A stretch of 64,000 nucleotides of DNA from Longimicrobiales bacterium (GTDB lineage: Bacteria; Gemmatimonadota; Gemmatimonadetes; Longimicrobiales; Gaopeijiaceae). A program made the position numbers and the translations under genes. The stretch is from the NCBI GenBank assembly GCA_965249725.1, contig CBDFMQ010000002.1:1920001-1984000 (forward strand), written 5' to 3'. This document shows, in pieces, positions 36,443 through 45,667 of this stretch (position 1 is the first letter of the stretch; each line of letters begins with the position of its first letter). The notes below the pieces were generated by a model. That model worked only from the letters and a program-made list of their open reading frames with translations, ran no database searches and was not told the DNA's origin.

Positions 36443-36907
36443 TCACCTTGCCGTAGGCGCTGGGATATCCCGCTGAACCGCACCCAAGAGGACCTGTTGC
36501 AGCTTCTTCTCCGTGCTCCCGATGTAGCGAAAGCTTTGCGGTGGCCTGAAACCAGGAACTAGCCTTCGGAGTTCCTCGAGGGATAGTCGCTCGGTAATCC
36601 GCGTCGGTCGTTCCATCACTATTCCGACTGCGATCTGTGCACCTTCGAAGTAGCGATCAAAATCGACGCGCGATACGCCAGTTGCTGAACCAACGTCGGA
36701 CCAGAGTGCAGCGGGAATCGCCAGAAGGACTTCAGTAACGTGGCAATAACCCACAACCCGGCACTCTGGCAAGGTGGCGTATAGTAGCACGACATCACCT
36801 GGTTCCACCCGCGGGCGGATTCGTCTGAGCTCAACGGTCTTCCTTCCACTCAGGAGCATCGCAGCGTACTCGGGCTTCACCGAAATCATCAGTGTTCGCT
36901 TAGGCAC
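36443..36907 (-). CDS. ASCH domain protein
   Basis: 'LMISVKPEYA..LLSGRKTVELRR', ends PPQSFRY; RBS AAGGAG before GTG. Confidence 0.88.
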   Translation of the reverse strand: MPKRTLMISVKPEYAAMLLSGRKTVELRRIRPRVEPGDVVLLYATLPECRVVGYCHVTEVLLAIPAALWSDVGSATGVSRVDFDRYFEGAQIAVGIVMERPTRITERLSLEELRRLVPGFRPPQSFRYIGSTEKKLQQVLLGAVQRDIPAPTAR

Positions 36908-37172
36908 TCGCTTGAACTCCTTCGGAGTAGATCGCGTGGAATGTTGCGCTGTCGATCCGGAAGGGAGATTGCAGCACCAGATGGTCGACACCACCTGCAG
37001 AAGCAAGCGCCCGTATTCTTTCCAACGAAACTACATTCTCAAACACCTCGGTGTGGCCAAACCGGAATGCCATTACGGCACCGTCCGGTCTATTCTTAGC
37101 TAAGGATTGGACATCCGACCACTCATAGACACCGTAGCGCCGGAACCGGCTGTAGAGTTTCTTGGCAGGGCG
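36900..37172 (-). pseudogene. C-terminal remnant of the ASCH-associated partner (GNAT/PIN-type protein)
   Basis: Start-less frame PAKKLYSRFRRYGVYEWSDV..VMAFRFGHTEVF..LQSPFRI..IYSEG; its stop overlaps the ASCH start. Confidence 0.6.
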
Positions 37173-37387
37173 GAGCTTTCGGGGACTCGCCCGCTTCCCA
37201 GGTTCTTTGGATGTCGTCGTAGTGATTCACGGCGACCGCGAGCATCGGGAGGTCGAGGTGAGTGAGAACCCTCTGGTTCTCAAGGTGCGCCACCAGTCGT
37301 TCCCATTCGGCGCAGGCGACTGGACCCCGCAGTCGGAACGGAGGCTGGGCATTGTTCGTTAGCTCAAACTGGGGCTCGTCTCTCATG
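37170..37387 (-). pseudogene. P27-like phage terminase small subunit fragment
   Basis: 'PP.RL...A.AEWERLV..L....VLT.LD..MLA'. Confidence 0.55.
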
Positions 37388-37475
37388 CGTTCAGATCGGT
37401 CCGTGCCCTTCAGGAGCTTCATACTGTTGGTTCGTGCGACGCTTGGTCATAGAAATTTTTCAATCGTCAACGTAA

Positions 37476-37673
37476 GAGGCCGAAGCAGGGCTCCCGAAGC
37501 TCCGTGGGGGCATCTTCCATCCGTTCCGGCGGCTTTGGGCGACCGAGAGGAAGCACATGCCAGATGTCGATGTCGCGGCGGCAGGAGGATGGCGGGACAC
37601 ACGCGCCTTGAAGCTGTCCTATCAGCAGCCGGACCCGGCGAGTGTGCTTCGGGTGGTCGAACTCGGAGGCTGA
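37476..37673 (+). pseudogene. C-terminal fragment of a tyrosine integrase (not in the ORF track)
   Basis: EAEAGLPKLRGGIFHPFRRLWATERKHMPDVDVAAAGGWRDTRALKLSYQQPDPASVLRVV, clearly paralogous to the 37949 ORF; followed by CGGGACACA x2. Confidence 0.85.
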
Positions 37674-37756
37674 TCCGGGACACAATCGGGACACAGTCTA
37701 CTGGACCCGGAAACCCCGCAAGGCCGGAAAGCCTTACGGGGTTTGGTCTTTCAGAA

Positions 37757-37829
37757 AGCTGGCGATCGGACTCGAACCGATGACCTGCTGCTTACAAGGC
37801 AGCTGCTCTACCAACTGAGCTACGCCAGC
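37757..37829 (-). tRNA. tRNA-Thr(TGT)
   Basis: 73-nt cloverleaf GCTGGCGTAGCTCAGTTGGTAGAGCAGCTGCCTTGTAAGCAGCAGGTCATCGGTTCGAGTCCGATCGCCAGCT; CCA not encoded. Confidence 0.97.
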
Positions 37830-37892
37830 GAAACGTACTTTCTTCCTGTTGTTGAGCCATTCCCGGCTCTTTCCGTTTTCACGGATCTGACT

Positions 37893-37940
37893 GGTGTGCA
37901 CGTTGGTGTGCACGTTGGTGTGCACGTTGGTGTGCACGTT
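37893..37940. repeat. Four perfect tandem copies of GGTGTGCACGTT
   Basis: Read directly; lies between the integrase stop and the tRNA. Confidence 0.9.
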
Positions 37941-37948
37941 CGGGCTAA

Positions 37949-38640
37949 TCAACGGACTTCGCGGAGTTCACCCGCCTCCAACACGACACGTAACATAGTC
38001 TCGGTATCTGCCTGTTGGTAGGCGGATTTGAGGGACTGCGTGTCCTTCCATCCGCCTGCGGCAACTACGTCTACGTCCGGCAGATGCTTCCGCTCCGTGA
38101 CCCACTTTCTACGGTATGCGTGCCAGAGGCTTCCCTTCTGGGTCTGAAGGCCCGCTAACTCTTCACCCTCTCTGAGCCACTTGGAGGCGAGGTACGTGGT
38201 CAGGGGTGAGGCACGGTCGGTCGGTTTGGGGAAAAGGGGTGCAGACCCGATTCCGGGCCGGTCCCTGAGTACCCGGTCGAGTGCATGTCGGACGCTGGGG
38301 TTGATTGGCACACAACTCGCTCGACCTTCCTTGTCTGTATCGGCAGGCCAGCGAATGGAACCGTAGGGCGCTTCCGATAACCGGAGATCCTCATATCGGA
38401 GCTGACAGACGGCAGAGATTCGCCTCCCCGTGCCGTTAACGATGTCCAGGAGTTCCGAGAGATAGCTTCGCTGTTTCTCTCGCCTCCCGTTCCATCGAAC
38501 GGAGGGGGTTCTTCTCGCTGCCCAATTGAAGACCCATCGCAGCCACTTCAGGTCGGCCTCAACGCTGCGGGTCCTGACTGCGGCCCGCTTCGCTACTGAG
38601 ACCACCCTCCCTCTCGCGTCGATTTCACCAGAGGTCCGGG
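37949..38640 (-). pseudogene. Tyrosine recombinase/integrase, 5'-truncated and probably internally deleted
   Basis: TGRRISA (Arg), HAYRR, GGW and SAYQ (Tyr) catalytic motifs; no N-terminal domain. Confidence 0.85.
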
Positions 38641-38672
38641 AATCAGCTGCTTCAGCCTCGTCGCCAACCTAC

Positions 38673-39062
38673 TCACAACCGATCTCGCACGAGTAACGGG
38701 AGGCCGACGCCCAAAGCCACGAGGCAATACACTCCGACCACACCGACGTAGAGCGGTTCCAGCCAATCGTGCGCCACGCTGAATCGATGCGAGAGCTGAT
38801 GTACTGCCACGTTGATCGCCATCACAGCAGTGAGCCCGACAAGCACCTGGATTGGACGCGAAGGCGACCTTCGATGTGCGAGGAGTGAGGCCACCGTGCC
38901 AGTCGCGACCAACACGAATCCCGGAAGGTCCGGCTGTTGCGTGGCGGCGGAGATCGGGATCGAAGCAAGTACTCCGGCAGCACTTGCCACGAACGCCACC
39001 TCGGAGATGCGCCGGGCCTTGACCTCTAGGGCTGCGTTCAGGCGGACAACTGGATCGGACAC
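38673..39062 (-). CDS. Chimeric small membrane protein beginning with a kinase-type N-terminus
   Basis: MSDPVVRLNAALE (compare kinase MSDPVTRLNATLE), then four hydrophobic segments. Confidence 0.55.
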   Translation of the reverse strand: MSDPVVRLNAALEVKARRISEVAFVASAAGVLASIPISAATQQPDLPGFVLVATGTVASLLAHRRSPSRPIQVLVGLTAVMAINVAVHQLSHRFSVAHDWLEPLYVGVVGVYCLVALGVGLPLLVRDRL

Positions 39063-39163
39063 GTGAGCACTCCGGGATCAGACTGTGGTCAACATCCGAG
39101 AGCGGTCCAGTAGGCGCAACCTGGGAGCGGCGAAGCTGTTAGCTGATCCTCCGAGGGTCATCA

Positions 39164-39475
39164 CTAGTGGATCTGAACATCTTCGACGTACCGCCCCTCG
39201 CTGAACTCAGTGAAGTAGCGCTCCACAAGGGGATGTTGGATGGGGAGGCCACTGTGATCAGGTTCGAGGTTTCGTTCGGCTACATACGTTTGATGTTGGG
39301 CTGTGTGCGGCAATATGTGATACCAAGGTTGGTGCTTGGGTGGCCTCGAACGGGCCACGGCTTTATACCATGCCTCGGTTCCTTGGAAGTGCTTATCGAC
39401 CTGGATGACAACACCTCGGTAATCGAACAACTTGTGTTGCACGATGTCACCGACTGAAAAACGTGCGCTCGGCAT
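39164..39475 (-). CDS. hspQ: Heat shock protein HspQ (YccV-like)
   Basis: 'FSVGDIVQHKLFDYRGVV..VD', 'QPWYH' and 'TYVAERNL' motifs. Confidence 0.92.
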   Translation of the reverse strand: MPSARFSVGDIVQHKLFDYRGVVIQVDKHFQGTEAWYKAVARSRPPKHQPWYHILPHTAQHQTYVAERNLEPDHSGLPIQHPLVERYFTEFSEGRYVEDVQIH

Positions 39476-39618
39476 CCTGATCATTGATTCACGCCCGGTC
39501 CCAAGTACCGCCTCACAATGTCCATGCGCTCAAGCTATGGGTGATGCTGAGGTTGGGCGATGGCTGGATGGGAGTGCTGCTGACGCCCGTGCGAGCAGCA
39601 CTTGTTCGACAGACAGAC

Positions 39619-40299
39619 CTACCGGGCTTGCTCAAGCATCACGATAATCTCCTCCGCCGAGGCGGTCAGCCGTTCAAGTTCGCCCAGGACCCGTCCCGTG
39701 CGGCCCATAACCGTAATGAGGTGGCTGTCGAACCTGAAGTCATCGAAGAGAGCATCGAAGTTGGCCTCGAATCGGACTGAACGAAGTGCGTCATCCTCGA
39801 CCAACACACGCGAACGCAACCAAGGATCGTACTGGCCCGCTACGACCACTAGCAGGAGTTCCTGCGTGCCTTCGTGGTCGTCAAGGAGTCCGTTCCATTG
39901 CGCGAGCTTCGTGCGCAGCAGTTTGTCCGAGATGAGCGATAGGCGGCCTGAGGCCATGAGGCCTTTCAGCGTGGCGACTGGAGGGTCAATACTGGTCGTC
40001 CCACGCGACCTGCGCACCAACGCTGTGAGTGAGTCCGGGCCGAGTGCTCTGAGACCCATCTCAGGGGTGCCGAGCAACTCTGACGCCGCCGCAAGCCTAC
40101 GTTTGTGAGCCTCGGAGGCACGATCTAGTTCCTCAACGGTGCCCAGAAAATCGGCGTGTAACGCTTCGAGTGACTCTGTCTCTTCACGCCGGTCAACCCG
40201 ACCATCCCACCAAGCCTGAATCCCGAACGCCATCAGAATCGACGCTACGATCACCACGCCTTCTACGAAGACGCGCAGCCAAGGGACCTGACGGTTCAA
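39619..40299 (-). CDS. Hypothetical membrane-anchored protein (DUF6090-like N-terminus)
   Basis: 'WLRVFVEGVVIVASILMAFGIQAWW' then a helical domain with 'SGRLSLISD..LR'. Confidence 0.7.
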   Translation of the reverse strand: MNRQVPWLRVFVEGVVIVASILMAFGIQAWWDGRVDRREETESLEALHADFLGTVEELDRASEAHKRRLAAASELLGTPEMGLRALGPDSLTALVRRSRGTTSIDPPVATLKGLMASGRLSLISDKLLRTKLAQWNGLLDDHEGTQELLLVVVAGQYDPWLRSRVLVEDDALRSVRFEANFDALFDDFRFDSHLITVMGRTGRVLGELERLTASAEEIIVMLEQAR

Positions 40300-41969
40300 T
40301 GGGGCCGTGCCGGTTCGATCCTGAGCAGCGCGCCCTCGTCCTCGGCGGTCAGGACATAGAGGAGCCCGTCGGGGCCCTCTTGCACGTCGCGGATTCGCTG
40401 TTTCAGCTCGCCAAGGAGCGATTCGCGACGCAGCTCTTCACCGTCTCCGTTCAGCACGATCCGCTCCAGATGACCCGTGCCCCGAATCCGACCCGTCATC
40501 ATTCCACCTGCGAAGAGGTTGCCCTCCCAGGCGGGGAAGCGGTTCCCGGTGTAGAAGGTCAAGCCCGAGGGCGCGATGGACGGCAACCACACGATCACTG
40601 GCTGCTCCATCTCCCCTTGCCAGGGCTGCTCCGCGACACGTGGCCCGTCGTACTCGCGCCCATAGGAGACCACGGGCCACCCGTAGTTTCGGCCTGAGAG
40701 GATCACGTTGACCTCGTCGCCACCCTGCGGCGCGTGCTCGCTCGTCCACAACGCCCCGGTCTCCGGGTGGATTGCGGCCCCCTCCTGATTGCGATGTCCG
40801 AGCGAGAAGATTTCCGGCTTGTACCCGGCTCGCCCGACGAACGGATTGTCGTCCGGCACGCTCCCGTCATCGCGCAGCCGCAGCACCTTGCCGACGTAGG
40901 CGCTCGGGTCCTGCGCACGCGGCCGGAGCGGGCTACCCGGCCCGCCGCCCGCCCCGCCGACGGTCATGTACAGCGTCCCGTCCGGCGCAAAGACGATCCG
41001 CGAACCGACAAAGGAAACCCCACCCCAGGAGTCGGCCACGAAGATATCGCGGACGTCACGAAGGGCCGAGCCGTCGAAGCGTCCACGCGCCAGGGCGATC
41101 GCAGGCCCGTCCTCGGCCGCTTTCGAGTAAGTGAGATAGACCAGGTTGTTATCGACGAACCGGGGATGGAGGGTGATGTCCAACAGGCCGCTACGCCCCC
41201 GTACCAGCACCTCCGGCACGCCCGCGATCGGCTCGGGGTCGAGCACCCCGTCGCGGATCACCCGCAGTCGCCCCGGCCGCTCGGTCACAAGGATGTCGCC
41301 GCCCGGCAGAAACGCCATTCCCCAGGGATACGAGAGGCCCTTGGTGACCACCACGACACGGACTTGCGGCTGCTCGAAGGTGTTGAAGACGACCGGCTCA
41401 TCCGGCAGGGTCACCAGCGGCACGCAGCTCAGCTCCGGGTTGTCCACCCCGTCCACAATCACTCCTTTGGCTGCCAGCCCTGCCAAGTCCGTGCACCTCA
41501 CCTTCGTATTCCCGAAACGGATCTCGTCGCCCGCTCCGAGCCCTTTGTTGTCGAGCAGAGTCTGAATGTCGGTGAGGTCGGGGTTGTTGACGAGGTTGAG
41601 GCTGAACAGGCTCGTGAGCCCGCCCAGGGAGCCGATGTCAGGGATGGAGTTGTTGCCGAGGTTGAGGGTCGTCAGGCTCGTGAGATTCTGGATTCCCACC
41701 AGGCTCATGATGTCGGCGGACTGGGCATCCAACTCCGTCAGCCCATATATCAGGCCGCAGGTAAGATCGTCCTGCGCATCGACGGAGAGCCCAGCCCTGA
41801 TCGCGGCCTCCATGTTGGCATCCTCGAACGTCGCGATGGCCGCGTCGGGGTGATCGCTACATAGCTGGTTGGGCCGAAGGACCTGCGCTTCAACCTGCGC
41901 TTCAACCGCAGACGGACTGGCGAGGACGAGTGTTAGGAGAAGGACCGAGGTGACACCAAGAGTCTTCAT
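40296..41969 (-). CDS. Secreted LRR (internalin-like) domain fused to a PQQ-dependent sugar dehydrogenase (GSDH)
   Basis: 'FEDANMEAAIR', 'LTSLTTLNLGNNSI.DI'; then PWGMAFLP, VTERPGRL, GHRNQEG, GGDEVN, NYGWP and SIAPSG. Confidence 0.88.
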   Translation of the reverse strand: MKTLGVTSVLLLTLVLASPSAVEAQVEAQVLRPNQLCSDHPDAAIATFEDANMEAAIRAGLSVDAQDDLTCGLIYGLTELDAQSADIMSLVGIQNLTSLTTLNLGNNSIPDIGSLGGLTSLFSLNLVNNPDLTDIQTLLDNKGLGAGDEIRFGNTKVRCTDLAGLAAKGVIVDGVDNPELSCVPLVTLPDEPVVFNTFEQPQVRVVVVTKGLSYPWGMAFLPGGDILVTERPGRLRVIRDGVLDPEPIAGVPEVLVRGRSGLLDITLHPRFVDNNLVYLTYSKAAEDGPAIALARGRFDGSALRDVRDIFVADSWGGVSFVGSRIVFAPDGTLYMTVGGAGGGPGSPLRPRAQDPSAYVGKVLRLRDDGSVPDDNPFVGRAGYKPEIFSLGHRNQEGAAIHPETGALWTSEHAPQGGDEVNVILSGRNYGWPVVSYGREYDGPRVAEQPWQGEMEQPVIVWLPSIAPSGLTFYTGNRFPAWEGNLFAGGMMTGRIRGTGHLERIVLNGDGEELRRESLLGELKQRIRDVQEGPDGLLYVLTAEDEGALLRIEPARPH

Positions 41970-42357
41970 GATTCTGCTCCATCCCGTCTTGAGGGGCTCA
42001 GACGGTGCTCAACATCCTATCCGCAGGCCGAGATACGCAAGCAGAACCGCCGAGAAGCGCCCTGGGATGTGCTCTCCGCTTGGTAAGGTCGTGTTTGGTG
42101 TAGGGGGGTGAACGAGGCGTTCTAATGGCTTAGAAAGCCACTACCTATGTTGCCGAAATGGGGACGCTATTTGCCGGTTATTGGCGTCTGATCCATCCGC
42201 GCTCTGAGGCCAGCGATTCGGCGAGTGAATCGTTCTCTGATTTCATCGACATTCACGGCCACAGGTCCGCCATCCGAGCTGAAAACGGTACTCGGGGTTA
42301 GTGGACGAAACCCTTGTGATGCCTTTAGAACTGTGAAAGACGGGACCCGTCGGTTCG

Positions 42358-42397
42358 GCTTACAAGGCAGCTGCTCTACCCACTGAGCTACGCCAGC
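42358..42397 (-). repeat. 5' half of tRNA-Thr(TGT) (att site)
   Basis: GCTGGCGTAGCTCAGTGGGTAGAGCAGCTGCCTTGTAAGC, ending just after the anticodon loop. Confidence 0.9.
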
Positions 42398-42500
42398 AAG
42401 ACGCGCGCGTAAGATAACCGCCTGCCGGGATCGGTTCGACCTTCGCGGATCTGTAGAGGGATCGGCTCAACGATCGACCAACCGGCCGAGGGCTGGAGCG

Positions 42501-42860
42501 CTATGCGCTCGGAAGGGCGTCCCCTACGGCCGAGAGCAGCACATCGCGATCGATCGGCTTGCTGAGCGCGGCGCATGCGCCCTCAGCCTTGGCCCGGGCA
42601 AGCAGGCTCGGGCCCTTCCCCGAGATGGCGATGATCGGTGTGTCGGGGAACAGCGCTTTGATCGACTGGATGAGCTCGATACCGTCGACGTTGGGCATTT
42701 GAAGATCCGTGATGACGAGGTCAAAACCCCGATTCAGATAGGCCTTGTACGCCTGTTCGCCACCGCGCGTGAGATAGACCTTGTGAACCGAGCCCTCGAA
42801 CACGGCCTGCAGCAGACGCTGATCCGTAGGTTCGTCTTCCACAATGAGTATTCGAGCCAC
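42501..42860 (-). CDS. Stand-alone response regulator receiver protein
   Basis: ILIVEDE, DLVITDLQMP and KP motifs. Confidence 0.92.
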   Translation of the reverse strand: MARILIVEDEPTDQRLLQAVFEGSVHKVYLTRGGEQAYKAYLNRGFDLVITDLQMPNVDGIELIQSIKALFPDTPIIAISGKGPSLLARAKAEGACAALSKPIDRDVLLSAVGDALPSA

Positions 42861-42977
42861 GACACATCCTCAGGATATGGAGACTGGGTCCATGGTGCCG
42901 ACCCGTCCGGGATTCAGCCTATCAGCCCGGGCCAGAGCGCGTCAATATGAAGGCGACTCGTTGAAGCGCCTGGCAGC

Positions 42978-44411
42978 TCAGCGGACGATCTTCCAGCGTG
43001 TCCCGGCGGCGGAGTCTTCGAGGACGATTCCCTTCTCGGCCAACTCGTCCCGAATGGCGTCGGCGCGCTGAAAGTCACGACCGTCCCGAGCGGCGTTTCG
43101 CTCCTCGATGAGTGACTCGACCCAAGCCTCGACGTCACCGTCCACTTGCCGACCCTTTCGAGCCACCGCCAGGATGCCGAGCACCTGATCCATGGAGGCC
43201 AGCGCCTCTCGAGCCGCGGTGAGATCTCCGTCGGCAACTCCCTCGGCTCCATCCAGCTCACTATTGGCGCGATTCACGAAGACGAAGAGGGCCGCCAGCC
43301 CTTCGGCCGAGTTGAGATCGTCGTCCATGGCTTCACGGAAGGCATCCACGCCCTCGGCTGCGATCCGACCGAGAGCGCCGTCCTCAACCCCAGCCGCAGC
43401 CGTGGTCTCGTTGAGCCGGGCCTCGAAATCAAGGAGCCGCTGGATGGCCGCGGAGGAAGCGTCGAGCCCCTCGCGGGTGAAGTTCAACTCCCGGCGGTAC
43501 TGGGCACTCATGAGTTGGTGCCTGATGGCCGCCGGTTCGACTCCCTCCTCGAGCAGTTCTCGCACGGTGATCGTGTTGCCCAGGGACTTCGACATCTTCT
43601 CGCCCTCGACGATCAGGTGCTTCACGTGTACCCAGTGACGAACGAAGGGTTTTCCCGTGACACCCTCAGACTGTGCGATCTCGTTCTCGTGATGGGGGAA
43701 GACCAGGTCCTCCCCACCCATGTGGATGTCCAGGGTCTCCCCGAGTTCCGTGATGCTCATGACGGAGCACTCCAGGTGCCATCCGGGACGTCCCCTTCCC
43801 CAGGGCGAGTCCCAGGCGGCTCCCACGTCCTCATCCACCGGCTTGGCGGCCTTCCAGAGAGCGAAGTCCCGCACGTCTTCCTTCTCGTAGTCGTCCTCGA
43901 CAACCCGAGCGCCGGGCCGCGATGCATCGGGATCCAGGCCTTTGAGGCGTCCATAGCTTGGAAACTGGCCGATGGCGAAGTAGACCGATCCGTCATCCGC
44001 GCGGTATGCCAGCCCTTTGGCCTCCAAGCGTTCGACCCAATCCACCATCTGGGGGACGTACTCGGTGGCCAACGGATAGCTCCGCGCGGGCAGCATGCCC
44101 AGCGTCCGTGCGTCCTCCAGGATCTGTGCGCTGAAGGGCGCGGTGTAGTCCGTGATCGCTTTCCCGTCTTCCGCCGCCCGTTCGATGGTCCGGTCGTCCA
44201 CGTCCGTGAGGTTCATGACGAAGTCGACGTCGTACCCTGACCACGTCAGATAGCGATAGAGCAGGTCGTAGACCAGAAAGCTGCGGTAGTTGCCGATGTG
44301 GGCGTAGTCGTACACCGTCGGTCCGCACGCATAGAGCCTGACCTGGGGTGGATTCGCAGGCTCGAAGTCCTTAACCGCCCGGGTCAGTGTATCGTAGAAT
44401 CTCAGGGCCAT
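42978..44411 (-). CDS. cysS: Cysteine--tRNA ligase
   Basis: CGPTVY, HIGN, PGWHLECS and KMSKS motifs. Confidence 0.98.
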   Translation of the reverse strand: MALRFYDTLTRAVKDFEPANPPQVRLYACGPTVYDYAHIGNYRSFLVYDLLYRYLTWSGYDVDFVMNLTDVDDRTIERAAEDGKAITDYTAPFSAQILEDARTLGMLPARSYPLATEYVPQMVDWVERLEAKGLAYRADDGSVYFAIGQFPSYGRLKGLDPDASRPGARVVEDDYEKEDVRDFALWKAAKPVDEDVGAAWDSPWGRGRPGWHLECSVMSITELGETLDIHMGGEDLVFPHHENEIAQSEGVTGKPFVRHWVHVKHLIVEGEKMSKSLGNTITVRELLEEGVEPAAIRHQLMSAQYRRELNFTREGLDASSAAIQRLLDFEARLNETTAAAGVEDGALGRIAAEGVDAFREAMDDDLNSAEGLAALFVFVNRANSELDGAEGVADGDLTAAREALASMDQVLGILAVARKGRQVDGDVEAWVESLIEERNAARDGRDFQRADAIRDELAEKGIVLEDSAAGTRWKIVR

Positions 44412-44466
44412 GGGCCACCGTGGTTCGAGGTTTGTTTCGTTTCGAGGGGCCGCGAGGCGCGGGGGC

Positions 44467-44913
44467 TCACGACCGTGACAGGGGCAGCACTCGCAGCTCG
44501 GTTACGCGCCAACCTCCGCCCTCGGAGATGAAGGCGACGAAGACGGTCCGAGCCAGTATGTCCGACGTCCCCTGAATGCGGGACTCCCAACGGATCTCGG
44601 CATATCCCTTCCGAGGTTCTCCCCCGACTTCTTCGACGCGCGTCACTCGAGTAGCGACCGCTTCTCTGCTTCCCATGTATTCTCTGATGGAAGCCACGGC
44701 GTGTCGAGGATCCAAGGACCCCACGTGCCGCGCCTCCCACTGTATGCGAACGCCGGCCGGCGACAGGCTCCCCTCGAGTCCGGCGAACTCACTGCCCCCC
44801 CAGCGATCGGCGAAGGTCTCCGCGGCGTCCTCGAGCGACTGCCCGAGGCACACGTCGGTGGAGAGCCCGAGGGTCAGGACGAGCCCAACAGACAGCAGCC
44901 ACTGCCTCCTCAT
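44467..44913 (-). CDS. Hypothetical exported protein
   Basis: Signal peptide; translationally coupled to pyrF. Confidence 0.7.
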   Translation of the reverse strand: MRRQWLLSVGLVLTLGLSTDVCLGQSLEDAAETFADRWGGSEFAGLEGSLSPAGVRIQWEARHVGSLDPRHAVASIREYMGSREAVATRVTRVEEVGGEPRKGYAEIRWESRIQGTSDILARTVFVAFISEGGGWRVTELRVLPLSRS

Positions 44914-45665
44914 GCCGAGGAAGCGTCCGTAGGCAATTCCAGCTGTGCCTCGGCCTGCGGCTCCTCTCGGGGGGGCGCCGACGCCGACGCCTGCGCCCGC
45001 ACCTGGGCCAACGCCTCTACCGGGTCGGGAGCGGCCGTGATGGAGCGGCCCACCACCAGATAGTCCGCCCCGGCTTCGGCCGCTGCGGCCGGAGTCGCAA
45101 CCCGGGCCTGGTCATGATGGTCGTCACCCCCCAGGCGGATGCCGGGCGTCACCACCAACAGGTCGGAGCCTACCAATCGCTTGATAGGGCCAGCCTCCAT
45201 GGGCGAAGCAACCACCCCGCCCACCCCCGCCTCCTTGGCCGACGCCGCGAGGCGTACCACCTCATCCCGCAAAGAGTCCAGCTCCCGGCCCCACACGGCT
45301 TCGACGTCGGACACCGCCATCGAGGTCAGCACGGTGACACCCAGCAGGGTCAGCTCATCACCCGCAGCCTCGGCGGCAGCGGCCATCATGGGCCCGCCAC
45401 CGGTGGTGTGCAGCGTCAGGAAGTCCACTCCGAGTTCCCGGGCGGCGCTGACCGACCGAGCCACCGTATTGGGAATGTCGTACAGCTTGAGATCGAGGAA
45501 GACCCGTTTCTCCCTCTGGGTGAGGGCCTTCACCATCTCGGGACCTTCACGGGAGAAGAGCTCCAAGCCCACCTTGTAGAAGTCCCCCGCGTCGCCCAGC
45601 GCCGTCACCAGGTCCAGTGCTTCATCGCGACTGGCGTAGTCCAAGGCAACGATGACTTCGGCCAT
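44910..45665 (-). CDS. pyrF: Orotidine-5'-phosphate decarboxylase
   Basis: IVALD, KVGLEL, FLDLKLYDIPNTV and VTPGIR motifs. Confidence 0.97.
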   Translation of the reverse strand: MAEVIVALDYASRDEALDLVTALGDAGDFYKVGLELFSREGPEMVKALTQREKRVFLDLKLYDIPNTVARSVSAARELGVDFLTLHTTGGGPMMAAAAEAAGDELTLLGVTVLTSMAVSDVEAVWGRELDSLRDEVVRLAASAKEAGVGGVVASPMEAGPIKRLVGSDLLVVTPGIRLGGDDHHDQARVATPAAAAEAGADYLVVGRSITAAPDPVEALAQVRAQASASAPPREEPQAEAQLELPTDASSA

Positions 45666-45667
45666 GA

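Larger units (their letters stand above)
37830..42397. mobile_element. About 4.5-kb genomic island bounded by a duplicated tRNA-Thr 5' half
   Basis: 40-bp direct repeat 37790-37829 vs 42358-42397 (1 mismatch); integrase remnant at the tRNA-proximal end. Confidence 0.8.

Noticed and set aside
37893..37940. Possible CRISPR array
   Set aside because: 12-bp head-to-tail units with no spacers, and no cas genes in the window.
37949..38605. Integron integrase IntI serving the attC cluster
   Set aside because: No recognisable IntI-specific insertion, tRNA-associated, truncated, and 20 kb away.
42358..42397. Second functional tRNA-Thr, or a split/intron-containing tRNA
   Set aside because: No T-arm follows, and a complete copy exists at 37757; better explained as an att duplication.
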